Source of the DNA: Asterionella formosa
Lineage: Eukaryota
Assembly (NCBI GenBank): GCA_002256025.1
Contig: NKIB01013658.1
Location: 1-54,025 of the forward strand
Reading direction: 5' to 3'
Length of the DNA stretch: 54,025 nucleotides
The notes beneath the pieces were generated by a model. It was given only the letters and a program-made list of their open reading frames with translations. It made no database searches and had not been told where the DNA came from. A program made the position numbers and the translations under genes. Below, piece after piece: positions 25,901-36,807 of the stretch (its first letter is position 1; each line of letters starts with the position of its first letter).

Positions 25901-26487
25901 CAAAGCGGAAGGGAGCGGTGGTGACAGGCCGCAGATCGACGCTGACAGGTCTTGCAAACGAAGGGCCAACAAAAAGTGTTCACGGTTCGTTTTGTCTCCA
26001 CGAATTTCCAGTCAGGGAAGGCTCGTCGTCACAGGTGTCGAGTACATTTCGTCAGAATTCTCCTCCGCATATTGTCGCTCAGCATAAACAACAGGAGCGA
26101 GTTCCCAACGAAAGTTCATCAGGTTCCAAGCATGCAGCACTTTTATTGAGACTGCGATCCCTCAAGGAAGGGAGAATGCGACGATCAACATTTACACAAC
26201 CGTCCCCACCGTATTCAAGTGGTCATCAAACAGCCGACATTCGACATTCAGCACAAGTCAAGTCGCTCACCACCCAACATGCTCGCAGACCGAACTTTGT
26301 TGCTCCACCTCGAGCACATACAACATCATTATCTCGCCCAGGGGTGTACTCAAGCCAGTACATTGTTAATCGTAATGGTCAGAAGTATGGGGTTATAAAT
26401 GATGTCGAAGAAGAGCACTCGCAATCGACAAGGTCATCAACTCGGTTTGGAGGTAACGCTTTTGACGACTGCCTTGGCCTTGACTAG
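19993..26487 (+). CDS. Very large Ser/Pro/Thr-rich, probably intrinsically disordered protein (~2160 aa)
   Basis: Uninterrupted 6.5-kb ORF, first ATG at 19993. No globular domain recognised. Contains recurring V-x2-[IL]-x3-FE helical motifs. Confidence 0.85.
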   Translation: MSANKRQSVANRYLAAIECGATPSPGRELTQNPMGQTGPQSITTTLAPRATPHTYGTPEQDRGVGNSPSSSRKSRASRTPPRDPVDYSSPQKRQSFFARSSANPNNGDLSDGSSLTSKRTSDDTILGKPRLDSLSSLETDDSRPGTPTSLTEQLGDGIQRTPSKSPSHGWRRKLEGTSYGMKKSPPRSFLKDATAKTSGDSSWIKKKPLSNRLATSPLHTSPKRSPRFSPRHSVSTSRNHETKPLSEELLKDRLNPSSNASTAPTEIMTNLSRVTNRSPTQSVASTAVTTNRSNHFLCGTSRVIDKNGDDENDSIEEGGTLPQHAKVSTIPIASESMVTRAWPLPRQNSGTNRPRNLPLVVQQRVEIESILSCTSTEVSNVRGTTPSPVQTRSVGKLGRYVGNDNFKDTSSSSKASNASFHTKSITSSVGVETGGQSFDKGPPGLQKMLHAPRLPITKETIAVGSTTNEKLVIPHYLLGTREEDFENSAPERELLSLNTSAGLMYRSESGGQFQPNRHSPRYRIPDSPLFPSSHPSETEAKLLPKLSQEKDSSHCNNPFVVRYSSIQKQEKTNDNRILEPDVPQSPDSSGWTPVALSSSGVEVDDFFQNNPEKAQPNGLGKSRVIVPLFSPDRLDLGHSPLRTWSTKDAAKLVPKIDPPSIRRVTSTNIATRNSPLSEMLDSRAEHSARDTIEMTEVTTGETIRTPDPHPIPRQSLTFMLTRNRARDLINRRREERQHNTSVEKHLLFYEPSPDGNGELVKDETLFISRESISPDRKLEPKDLERQVVVRPLMGSEPAREVAKTPFSSHSKTIDYRIKLFSEDKGLNRNPIAAHEPRSAPSFMARRDLLPKGTLSIAQSLSQVAYSPSSLGDKDSNSRTFPKVMNPQNSGTSETFSIPKESDLEEVPEKKARKLPTNLADRFLSAVAEHKKEQDTLISANSEKFKGSLVRTEEQEYNRAVCNLSSNNVSTHALISDTSPFRGDKSPSNLILMGAHLASRADAFSSPWTADQYHDDEGTPSVDVQSIRSIFEGSLSSKVDIDDDDATIDSLDVKSLRSIFEMGGEGDARGCETVEPVGGVKKMLAMFEAPKPATASPKSFSGNNNVKEAFAKFEVHKMKKSASKELLTRRLSHVPASIYSALNQASDAPEQGPGLPADSTSIKMLPTGQAEPVAQELKFSPKEASPTTLSSRIRTVKSVTPTLGSRQEQSINKNLSVPFVGRKGQLQKTLDINNINKELDTRNQNESQNCSPILNKRSSWQSPSINIISGTPPSMKKAVSNMSYVAATPTSTEKSVSTASLVADVRRKWMEATSPATVPAPIILDSGNITYELGETKFGHNGTHKVENNAKNHTGEVTESQEELASPKRISVAERVRALKARQSPSAASPVKSPKNLSFGSSPGCMSSETTNTTTTTTKALARFNSSILAASTIYPDHPTLPIESFSPPCHVMSPQLKDKVTAQVDTKQIGTAALTNGTETHATTATDAEEPIHVKSLVTHPVASSASSEKNQELLSVRDKILAFSASQEPFSQESIFAERNRVSPSTSDSKNKSSFSSQFVVSTQTPRNQIRNLVADDLQNSNHRNQFKPVNGQRQNPSSSLETRASLITKKPLKGESSGFPLDSTSRTDSEGFDDGVTLDLSIADVSQLTNPTCLQSKEDPNDYSINDDDDSSDRSLSGQRTNKLEIDGRGPSEASSSQTSEAAAPLIARTMKRFAHSDDGSSKSMDRAHKWEPIIPVIDETSDSTWQGYPRQGMMTTSRVPQETHVNDPGMEEKKPMDEAAWDLRNITSSFPSNSPSSSDFEIDPFEVKPQPARHQIRNGGPASEIPRWKPFFHGDFSPPKVVPQPIVDSGVSIGSPKEQIPLLVHPARLPTRVGSAFSGSSQNPRRLRSPPAPISTSYRSRSVGASSSPNEDSAATLQRAGHRSSPTFAENDAKSHTQTNGTAELITERNMASASLFSRTHPKRDESKRKGAVVTGRRSTLTGLANEGPTKSVHGSFCLHEFPVREGSSSQVSSTFRQNSPPHIVAQHKQQERVPNESSSGSKHAALLLRLRSLKEGRMRRSTFTQPSPPYSSGHQTADIRHSAQVKSLTTQHARRPNFVAPPRAHTTSLSRPGVYSSQYIVNRNGQKYGVINDVEEEHSQSTRSSTRFGGNAFDDCLGLD

Positions 26488-28342
26488 CTTAGACGTCGAC
26501 AAAAAGGCGACATTTTGCATTTCAACCACTATTTCTATAAAATATTGAACACCACCATATACGATGATCACATCTAGCAGGGCGATTTTTGTTCACTTTA
26601 CGTAACTATGACAAACTTGAAAACGTTTTGATTGTCGACGTGATATCTCAGCGCAAAATTCCTTCAGCATTCTAGCTTCAAAATTGAGTAGACTACTTCG
26701 ATTTTCTTCGTTTGTATCTGGACAAGAATATGAAACACTTCCTCAACTTCCGAGTTTGTATTGATATTGAGGAAGTCCTAAGGTAATCGTTCCCCCCGAA
26801 TGCATTAGTGCAAGAAAATTTGATTTATGATGAGTATTATAGAAATAGGTGAACTTGACCTCAATTCTATGGCGCGCATTTCGTAAAGTCGTTCCCCGAT
26901 TGGAATGTTTGCTGCTGAAACCCCCCTCCCCCCCTCATTGACCCTTCACTAACCAATAGACAAATGAAGAAGGATTTGACACCAGAACAGTGACAATACA
27001 TCGTTCATTGATTGTTTGCTTTGCAAACTCATATGGGGCAGCAATGATGAGTTGCACAACCATTTTACCGGACTCTGAGGTCGGTGTGTTCCGTTTGTAC
27101 CAGCCTTCTACATACGACGAATTCTACACACGAGTATATGGAGAAACGGAATCCAGAATCACCTTGGATGTAATGCTTGATGTCGAAATCGAGCATCACA
27201 TCATCAGCATATCACTCACACCGAGAGCGATATACTGGTATTGCAGCTGGTACCACGATGGTACATGTCTCACCAGTGTACATACGGTATGTACTAGTAG
27301 GTATATTTTGTGAGGGAGTATAAGGTAATGTACTGGTACTGTGTTGGGATTAAAAATGGAACAGAAATAATTCATTTGGACATTGTAACTGCATAAAATC
27401 ATGCACTATTCCTCTTAAGTATTAACAGTGCTCTAGAATCTCATGGATAAATGCTTTTCCTCCTTGCAAAGGAGTAACACCAGCAATGTCTACAGTCTCC
27501 ACTGAAGGATGGCGGCATATACAATGCTGATTGTTAGCATAATTTACAACCATTTTGTCTACTACTGCAGAGTATACTCTTGCCATCTAAGGATCGAGAA
27601 GCTCATCATCACTGCTCATCATCAAAACCTGTTAAAAAGGGACAAAATCTCTTGTCTTGGTGATGGCCTTTAAACAACTAATATTTTCAACAGCTGCATT
27701 GAATTGACATAAATACATTCCAAGTGCAAAGATTAGACAAATAACCATTGGATTGGGATAAGTAGGCCTTGAGAATCTTGACTGGTCACCTTTTAAATAC
27801 TTATCCCTCAAAAGTGCTTGTTTTTGGTCATCACAACGGCCATTGCAATGGCCATCACTTACCTTCTCTTATCTTTGTTCCAAAATGTGATCTTGTGGAT
27901 TGCTTGTTCACTGCTGGTTCAAGAATTGTAACTATGAGATGATGGTTCCTCGAGGAAACACATTCCAATTTAGTTTTGAGCGATTTTAACATTGGTTGTC
28001 AAGGCAAGGCAAAGCAAACATCTTGAAATTACAAAGCAAAATGCAAAGGACGCACATTTGGTCTGAGAAGGAGGAATGAACCATCACAAGTTTGATGAAC
28101 CTCAAAACTGCCAAGGAAGATAGTTAATGCTAGAATATAATTAATAACATACATTAGTAAGTGGAAAGGATTAGTAAGTTCAATTATATAGCACCATTAT
28201 GAATCATATGTGGTTGAGAACAAGTATTTTCATTGCTTTGGTCCACCTTGCTTGCTTTGTGTACTTCGCAACAATTATATCAAAGTATGTATGGCCATTG
28301 GTTGAGAATTGTTGAATGCATTTTCAAACCAAGTCGCAGAAG

Positions 28343-29253
28343 TTACTTCGTCATATATGCATACGTTCTCCACAAGTTGTAAGTTTCACTTGAGGGTGAC
28401 ATACAAAATGTTGCATGATTATCGGAATCACGTAGCAATCCTGCCATGAGCTGTACTGGTTCGAAATAATGGAGTGTGCGTGGGATGATCATATTTGAAT
28501 TGTTATCAATCATTTTTTGTTTGGTCAACAGTTGACCACCAGCTAATGTTGGTGGAAATGAAATATCCATGCGTTTTTTCAAAGTCTGGTAGGATGGAGC
28601 TTGATACCTTCCATCAAAATATTTCATTGCTTTGGCATTGAACAGCCATTTCATTAGATGATCAAAGTAAACAGGAGGAAGATAATTCTCGTTGAGAAAT
28701 AACATGAGTTCTAATTCAATTGGATGCATGTTCAGAGAATGTTTACTTGGAAGTTGAAATTGAGGAGGAAGGGGCATTTCCATTGCATTTTCAGGGAGAA
28801 AGCTGGTGCGATCTTGAAAATCTGAATATTGCATGGTTTCTGAATTCAACCCTTGGAGAGCGTTTAGTCTCAATTGTTCGTCTTGTTGTGACTGAATATT
28901 GTTATAAACTGAATCCTCGCTGTCGTCATGAAGTGGATGCTGATTGTGGTCACTTGATTCAAGGATAGGACACATAATCTCTTCTTGTCTAATCTCCCTA
29001 AATGCTGCAGCAGTTACACTGCCATCATTAACTTCTTTCCTTGAATGATTTGATGCACTACCGCAATACATAGTTTCACTATGTATTCCAGGAACTCGAT
29101 GTTCCTGCATGCAATGTCGACAGTGACCATATGCATAAAAACACGGTTGCTACAATTTCGATTGTGAGACTCAGATGGGGATTTGTTCTTCCGAAATTTG
29201 TAGTTACACAGATAACACCATTGCATTGTGCGCAAAGACATTGCGAATTTCAA
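28343..29253 (-). pseudogene. N-terminal part of a probable Plavaka/CMC-like transposase
   Basis: Zn-finger-like 'CYLCNYKF...SHNRNC', then 'ELELMLFLNENYLPPVYFDHLMKW', 'HYFEPVQLMAGLLRD', 'SETYNLW'. Confidence 0.45.
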
Positions 29254-29549
29254 ATGATGACCAAGTCAGGATATGAAAAGGATAGAATGAAAATGAATTA
29301 ATATATAATATTAAATTGAGCGCCACTTCGAACATGCTGTGCTGGAAAATACAGAGTCGTGAAATTATCACTCCACCATAATAGTAAAAATGGAGGTATA
29401 CCGCTACATGTAGTACAGGCGGCACTAATAGTAATAATAGTATAGAGCAGAATCAATGTTTTCCTATCATCTATGATATGGCTTGCATTGTAGAAGGCTC
29501 ACACTTACTATAATTATTATGTAGCTACTAAGTATGCATTGGATTCTAT

Positions 29550-30975
29550 TAGATCCATTCAAAATCAACATCATCATCAATGTCCCGTTGATTAATGCGG
29601 TCATTAAAAAAACATTTGGTTGAAGTGATTCAACCAATTGATGCATATCCTATTTACTTACGTTGGGAAATGAGAAGTATGAGTGTGGGTAGATGATATT
29701 TGTGGTGGGAGTAGCAATTCCACTAGGATTCCTTCCATATTCAGATCGATTCTTTTGTGAACGTCCAGTGTAGATTTCCTTATAATAAACGAGTAAATCA
29801 TCAGTCCATTGATCAGTGAGACCATTTGAAACTGAACTTTCTTCCCTCACACTTTTTTTGATAAGTGGTTTCCCACCAATGTCGACAAAATCAGCAGTTT
29901 TCAGTGATTGGATGGTTCACCTATTGATAAACAAATGAGACATTCCGAGCATCCGTTTTTGCTGACAATGTTAAACTTGACGTTAGAAAGAAGGAAAAAA
30001 GTTGATGGATGGCAATTAGTATCTCTTTTGCCAGACATTGAAGTCAGTGATCTGGAGAAACAAATGAATAAATAAGTTATCTGGTGACGACTTGTCCTTA
30101 TGTCGACTCAAATTATATCATTCTGTTACAGGATTTCCATTGTCGCCTGCCTTTCTTCGAAGAGCGATCCAAACAAGTCATACGATATTTTGGTTCATGG
30201 TCTTGGTATGACAAAAGTTTATTTCCAGATTGGAATGATCATTGGTGATACAGAAGAGCACACAAAAATTTGTGGCTTCGGGGGGGGGGGGGGGGGGGGG
30301 GGGTTTNNNNNNNNNNCCCCCAATGGATTATATCGACGATATGTTTGTCGTGATTGCCTGGTTTCAACTGAGGATGCTGATAATCCTGATATTGGATGTG
30401 AACGTCGTAAAGTGTCAGATGTTAAAAAGTGTTTAAATGTTTGTCGTGATTGCCTGGTTTCAACTGAAGATGCTGATAATCCCGATAATGGATGTGAACG
30501 TCGTAAAGTGTCAGAAAGATTATTTGGTGCAACTCCATTTGAGGTTCTTCATCAAATACTACTTGGAATATTTAAGTACATTTTGGAATCTTTGTACAAT
30601 TATCGGACTATCCCTGAAGAATGGACATGTTTTTTCAAGAAAGAAAATCACCAGATATTCCAGAGAACATCTATGATCATAAACGTATCACTGAAACAAC
30701 AGACTCTGCTTTTCTTGATCAAGAGCAACCCAAGAAACGGGCAAGAACCAAAAAGGACACATGTACCAGCTATCAAAAATATCTACACTGGCAAAAATCA
30801 AGACCCAACACTTGTACCAGCACCAGAAATGCATGTATTTTCTAAACAATACTTCGAACAAAGTGCTAGATATATCAAAAGTCATTTGGAAAGGCAAAGC
30901 GATCGTGATATTCCAAAATTGTCATGCAGATCTGGGATGACAGCTTTGTCAAAAATGTCAGGGCAAGAAATTCTC
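29550..30975 (+). pseudogene. Core of a probable Plavaka/CMC-like DDE transposase, degenerate
   Basis: 'NVPLI', 'TLGN', 'PLGFLPY', 'MIIGDTEEHTKICG', 'CRDC', 'GATPFEVLHQILLGIFKY', 'RQSDRDIP', 'SGMTALSKMSGQE'. Frameshifts, a poly-G run with a gap, and an internal duplication. Confidence 0.55.
30341..30515. repeat. Direct duplication of 79 bp (30341-30419 and 30437-30515)
   Basis: VCRDCLVSTEDADNPDxGCERRKVS is encoded twice, 96 bp apart, with only a few substitutions. Confidence 0.92.
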
Positions 30976-31374
30976 AGTACCATACCATACCATGTACCTA
31001 CTAGTAGGATACAGCACTTCGATCCAAATTATGGCTTGGTGCCCCCCCCCCACCAAAGTACATCAGGTACACACCGGCCCATTGTACCAGTAGCTGGTTC
31101 TACATTTGTAAAATTTAGCACAACCCAATATTTGTTTTGAATACATAAAAGTACAGTCGTCCTAGTTGATGTTGTTCATTTCCTCTTCATTAAATATATG
31201 AATGAACATACCACTTGTTAATAATAAACCATCATGAATCTCTTGCTGAATAATACATGCCACATACACTGAGGAGCCACAGCCTCACACTTGATTGCTA
31301 CACTCACCATGATGATACCTCTGTTTGTCATTGTTTGATCTTCACCATCAACTCTTTGCTATAAATACAAAACA

Positions 31375-32872
31375 GTCTCCCTTCTTGTGTCCTGCCTCAT
31401 ATGTTAGCCCTACCTTGCGTCGGTTCTTTGTGATAGATATACGAGGAGCCATGTAGAAAAAGACGCACATGAGTTAGTCCATAGTATGCACAACAAATCA
31501 CATGTACAAATTTGGCACCAGGTATAATGAATCACCGGTGTGTACAAGGGATTACACACATAATTTACATACCTTGAGTTCCTTCCCAGGAGCGCATCGC
31601 CGAAAGAACAGTTGGTTGCTAGTTACCATCTCGGGCGAACAGAGGTTATTCCTGTAGTGATGTATTAGTTTCACTATGCATGTAGAATTGCCAGTTTCCT
31701 CGATCATACCGGGTAGTTCGTTCCTGTAGACCTTCTTAGTACCCTGGTCCTTTCGCTCAGTATTTTGCAACGTCAGTGCATTATTTTTTTTCGACTTCAC
31801 TTGGATGTAGCACGACAGTTTGTAATCCGTCCATCAAACCAACTGTCACCTTATTGAATGTCAAGTCGCACATTTCTATCGACCCTCTGACACCAAACAT
31901 TTTGCCCATTTTCCATACCATGGACTTGAGGCAATCATCATAATTATGGTAAGTCTGAATTTGGAGTGTTTGTAGCTTCCTGTCCTCGTCTTGATCGAAC
32001 TGTGATGCCATGGGCTTGTGGCCATATTCCAATGGCCGGTGCTTGGCAGCAATTGCCATAAATTTTTTAAAGAATGCTTGCATCTCACCCTCACCATTGA
32101 AATCCTTCGACAGGGAGTATGGTATGACTTGGCGGGAAAAGCATTGGAAGAGGTCTTTCAGCTTGGTTTGGGCGGTGTTCGGTTGGTACATTGCCGTTGC
32201 AATGGCTTCGTCAGAAGCACTTTCGAGAATGAGGGGTGATTTTTTCTTGAAGAATTTGGTTGCAAACCAAAGTACAGCAGTGTTGATGATGTCTTTGGTG
32301 GCGTTGCTTCTTAGCCCACCACAGATTAGATAGAATCAACGGATTGGTTGGTTGCCATTGTCAGGATCATTGTCGAAAGAAGCAAGCAAGCTCGAGGTGT
32401 CATTCTTGACAAGGGATTCAAAAAACCTTGATTCAATGATGGTAAGTGACTTGGTGTACGTGGTTGTGTTATGCAACAGGTTTCTAATAGAATTTTTTTG
32501 TTTTGTTGATCCGAAAACATTATTGTTGGATCGAATTGCATTGGCATAGTCTTCAGCAGTTGGGTGAGACATTGGAATCTGGGAATCAGCACGATGAGCA
32601 TGAGGAGCAATGGTGGAAGCAGAGGGTAACAAGTATCTTGAATCGGAATCATATGTGCTAGTATTACTGTTGCAATCATCAGATTCACGACAATCAACAG
32701 AGCTGGGTCTATCAATGTCAGAATGGGGTGTTTCTAAAACATTGGATGAGTTCGCAACTGTAGAAACATTGCTTTTAGAAGGTTCTTTAAAGCTGACAAT
32801 GACCGGAAAGGAAACAATGCGACTGTGAGTGATCGCATCATCAATGATAGATGAATCAAAATGGAAGGACAA
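31375..32872 (-). pseudogene. Crypton-like tyrosine recombinase pseudogene with a spliceosomal intron
   Basis: 'YQPNT', box-I-like 'FGVRGSIEMCDL', 'KNNALTL', 'CIVKLIHHY', 'LFFRR'. In-frame TGA at 32336-32338 and a 1-nt frameshift in the T8 run at 31784-31791. Intron 31572-31426 (GTATGT..CTAAC..AAG). No HxxR or catalytic Tyr region found. Confidence 0.55.
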
Positions 32873-34717
32873 TTATGCAACAATCAACAACAAACGCACC
32901 TTTCTATTTCTTCGTTCCAATCAATGGCTGCTTCGGGAATACTTGCAGCATTTGCAACAACCTCATTCCATTCCAATAAATTGAAGAATGTAATGAATTG
33001 AATAGTATGTTAGGATGAAATCGACAACTCGGTCAGCCAGCACGGGCGGAAGCACACACCAATCACCAACATACCCAAGCTTCTTTTTCCTTTCTAGTGC
33101 ACACATTGCCAATGCAGCACGCCGGTTATCATCTTGCACTTTGCGCTTAGCAGTATTTGTCACTGCTCTTTGAGAGAAATGACAGCTTCTAGTTCCTGTT
33201 GTCATTGTAGAATAATCAGTATGTTAGAATTATCATGAGATTGAATTAAAACAGAGCAACTAGGAGATATTTTAGAGCATCATAAAAAGCACTCTCAAAC
33301 TTGCCTCCGAGACATTAGGAAATATACGAAAAATATTTTATGTGATGGGTAATAGTAGGCTAAAATTAGAATTTATGCTTTTATTTGTGGGCAGTAGGTA
33401 AGTGAATGATGCGACGATAGCTAGAGCGGGAATTGCCTCAACAATACCCTTCTTGGCAGCTACTTGCCTTCTCATCTACATGTGTTCAAGGCTGGGCTGG
33501 GATGGCACTCATAGGGTGACCTTCTCGCAGTGCTGGGGGCACCACTTGTACGGTCAACCTACTTGCGCCACCCAGCCTTGAACACATGCATACTTGCAGG
33601 CAAGAGACCACCTTGGGGTGTATTGCCTTCAGCAAGAAAGTGCAGAAAGGAACTTCAGTTTTTTCTTTAGGAAACAATAAAAAGATTTCCCCCGAATTTT
33701 CATGAGTCTTTTTAGCATAGTAAAGAAGTTCCTTTCTGCAGTTTCTTGCCAGATCCTATATCCTGGGAGTATACAGAGTGGACCTACACCCCTTCTTTGT
33801 CCAAAGACTGTATGTAAGCATATGGAAAGGGTGTCTATTGGCGAAAGCTCCGTTGAGCATTGTTCATATTTATTTTTACGTGAAAAGTAATTGTTTGATC
33901 AGTCTGAATTAATATTTCTTTTTTAACCCTACCTCTTGAGCTAGGGGTTCAAATGCAGCAATGTTAACGTTGGCTCTCAGTTCAAAATCTCTCGAAATAC
34001 CAGGGTTATTGTACCTGGTATCCTAGTACCCTTGTACAGGGAGACAACATCCATCGATAACAGACGTTCAGCAAGAATGAGGGTTCGCACATCCAAATGA
34101 CACTTCTCCTATACTAAGTATAAGTATTTTGAATGAGACACTTCTGTGACGATACAAGCTTGCGAAGAAATCTGTCGTTGATTTACTTCTTTCGAAATCT
34201 ACGTCTTGTGCATACATAGATGCCAACACACTGGCAAGTTGACTGTATTTAAAAACGCTAAGAAGAAGTTCGTATTAGGGGACGTAAATGGGCAAAGTTC
34301 CGGAAGACAGCATTCACTGATGAAAAGCGTATGGGACAGCCCATCGTCTCTCGATCATCGGCAAACGACTGTTCCTTGTATGATATCTCTATCGCGAATG
34401 AAAATCTTCGCATCTTGAATCCGCCTGCTGTCGCTTCGCTATGTAATACGTTTCTTGCTACAGGTATGAATGTGCCGGTATGTAGAACATCCTGCCAGGT
34501 TCCATAGCTGTCAGCTCGTTGCTATATCGTGTGTTATGATACAGTGCCCTCCTGGAAGAAATCACTTGAACCAACATGATCGTGTCGCCTACGATATTGC
34601 TTATCATTCTGGTCAAAATACATACCGGTAAAATTATATTAGTCTACAATATTTGTCACCGAGCCACAAACCACCCCAGGGACAAGAGTTGCATTCACCG
34701 GTAGACTACATCTTACA

Positions 34718-35314
34718 ATGAAGCTTTATACTTGTATCCCGATCCTCCCGCTCACGTTCGCAACGTTCGCCTTGGGGTTCACCATTCCAGCAGCCTCCTC
34801 GCGTTCATCCAGAGCTGGATGTCGTCACTTGAACAGTCAAGTTCTCAATGACATGGACCTCATGTGCATCTTGAACACGGCCTCGTATTGCCTCGAGGAG
34901 CACTGTCCCGTCGACGACACCGAAGCGCTCATGAACACGTTGGCAGATCAAGAAAATCGCCTCTGTCAACGAGTCGCGAACCTGGACCAGGCCTTGCACC
35001 TCCTGTCTCAAACAGCTCTGGCTTATGTCAATGCCAATGCGAACAAGTTATCCCTGCTCAATGACATGGATCTCATGTGCATGATCAATGTCGCAAACTA
35101 CTGTGAGGATCAGCAAGCCTGTTCTCTAGACGACAGGGAAGCTGTCATGTACACGCTATCACAGCAGCGCGAGGCTGCGACATCCAGAGTGGCACAATTG
35201 GCGCACAACATGGCGGATGTTATCAAGTTGGAAAATGCACCTGGACGTGATGTGCAATCACTCCTCATGGCCCTCCGAAACATTCTTTCTGCGGATCAAC
35301 TTGCCATGGTGTAA
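34718..35314 (+). CDS. Putative plastid-targeted 198-aa protein with two internal Cys-containing repeats
   Basis: Signal peptide ending ALG|F followed by a Ser/Arg-rich transit-like stretch. LNDMDLMC-x2-N-x-A-x-YC-x4/5-C-x2-DD-x-EA occurs twice, 71 aa apart. Confidence 0.8.
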   Translation: MKLYTCIPILPLTFATFALGFTIPAASSRSSRAGCRHLNSQVLNDMDLMCILNTASYCLEEHCPVDDTEALMNTLADQENRLCQRVANLDQALHLLSQTALAYVNANANKLSLLNDMDLMCMINVANYCEDQQACSLDDREAVMYTLSQQREAATSRVAQLAHNMADVIKLENAPGRDVQSLLMALRNILSADQLAMV

Positions 35315-35583
35315 GGAACGGTATGACCACGCCTTGGAGCCATCATGTAGTAGAACATTCTGTGTTTTAAAATCATTACTTTGCATGCTTAATGCTCTTG
35401 AGTAGTCTAACCCGTCAAGTCATCGCATTGATTACACGATATCATTTGTATTCACTTGTTCTTGACCTGTGTGTGCCGGTAGCCTGCTTGTACACTTGTT
35501 CGCTGTAAGTTGGGGTGATTTATTACGATTTCACAATTAACTGTGTTTGCTACTACAGTAAAGTACTATAGTAGATAGTCTCC

Positions 35584-36807
35584 TTAGTTCGTAATGGCAA
35601 CTGGCACGTCCATCGTCATGACAAGATTGGCAACGACCTCGCCCATCTCGACACATCCAATAAGCTTGCATCCGTCTCCTTCTTGCTTGATATCAGCCGT
35701 GCGAAGACCTTCATCCAAGGCGGCTTCGACAGCCATTTCAATCATCAAAGCCTCGTCAGGTCGTTCCAAATCATACTTCAGCATCATTGCGGCCGACAAA
35801 ATCATGGCCAAAGGATTTGCTATATCTTGTCCGGCAATGTCGGGAGCTGATCCATGGCATGGTTCAAACACTCCAGGACCTGAATTTCCAATACTGGCAG
35901 AGGGTAACATGCCAAGAGATCCGACCAACATGGACGCTTCGTCGGACAAGATATCACCAAAGATGTTTCCACAGACAATAGTGTCAAATTGTTTTGGGTT
36001 TCGGATCAACTGCATGGCAGCGTTGTCCACATACATGTGCGAGAGTTGCACTTCAGGAAAGTCTTTGGAAATCACTTCCGTGACAACGTCTCTCCACAGT
36101 TGCGAGACATCCAATACATTGGCCTTGTCCACACTACAAAGCTTGCCACCTCGCTTAGCGGCAACATCACCAGCGACACGAGCAATGCGGTCAATCTCCA
36201 TTTCTGAATAAATCATGTTGTTGTATCCCACTCGCTGGCCATCAATAACATCAATTCCTTTGGGCGTGCCAAAATATACATCGCCAGTGAGCTCTCGAAC
36301 GACCATGACATCGACACCTTGCACAATTTCTTTCTTCAACGTGGATGCATCAATGAGCTGGTCCAAGACTTTGGCCGGACGCAGGTTGGCGAAAAGTCCC
36401 ATTTCCTTTCGCATTTTGAGTAGTCCTGATTCAGGACGAAGTTCCCGCGGATTCTTGTCCCACTTGTACCCTCCGATGCAGGCCAAGAGAACGGAATCAC
36501 TGGCGAGACACTGCGCGAGTGATTCTGGAGGGAATGGATCATTGACAGCGTCAATAGCAGCACCTCCTATCAATGCCTCCTTGAGCTCCATTTGGAAGCC
36601 CGTTTTCTTGCAGATGGCAGCCAATACCTGCTTGGTCGCTTGCGTGATTTCCGGACCGATCCCGTCTCCGGGCAGGAGGGTTATGGAGTACGAGTCCTTC
36701 TTCGCGACAGCCATCGCGCGGGTGGACTGTCGGGTGAAGGAGGGGGCCTGCAAGAACGCATGGCTGCCAACGACAAGGGCAGCAAGAGTGCAGAGTCCAA
36801 ATTTCAT
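35584..36807 (-). CDS. leuB: 3-isopropylmalate dehydrogenase, plastid-targeted
   Basis: '[11 protein letters not shown]', 'LFANLRP', '[12 protein letters not shown]', 'SVDKANVL', '[12 protein letters not shown]', '[12 protein letters not shown]'. Presequence [18 protein letters not shown]. Confidence 0.97.
   Translation of the reverse strand: MKFGLCTLAALVVGSHAFLQAPSFTRQSTRAMAVAKKDSYSITLLPGDGIGPEITQATKQVLAAICKKTGFQMELKEALIGGAAIDAVNDPFPPESLAQCLASDSVLLACIGGYKWDKNPRELRPESGLLKMRKEMGLFANLRPAKVLDQLIDASTLKKEIVQGVDVMVVRELTGDVYFGTPKGIDVIDGQRVGYNNMIYSEMEIDRIARVAGDVAAKRGGKLCSVDKANVLDVSQLWRDVVTEVISKDFPEVQLSHMYVDNAAMQLIRNPKQFDTIVCGNIFGDILSDEASMLVGSLGMLPSASIGNSGPGVFEPCHGSAPDIAGQDIANPLAMILSAAMMLKYDLERPDEALMIEMAVEAALDEGLRTADIKQEGDGCKLIGCVEMGEVVANLVMTMDVPVAITN

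Noticed and set aside
26990..27313. 107-aa ORF at the edge of block 2
   Set aside because: No recognisable motif; runs into a palindromic low-complexity patch.
32963..33205. ORF 'TRSCHFSQRAVTN' as a displaced recombinase C-terminus
   Set aside because: No catalytic Tyr in frame, and it lies upstream of the N-terminus; too speculative.
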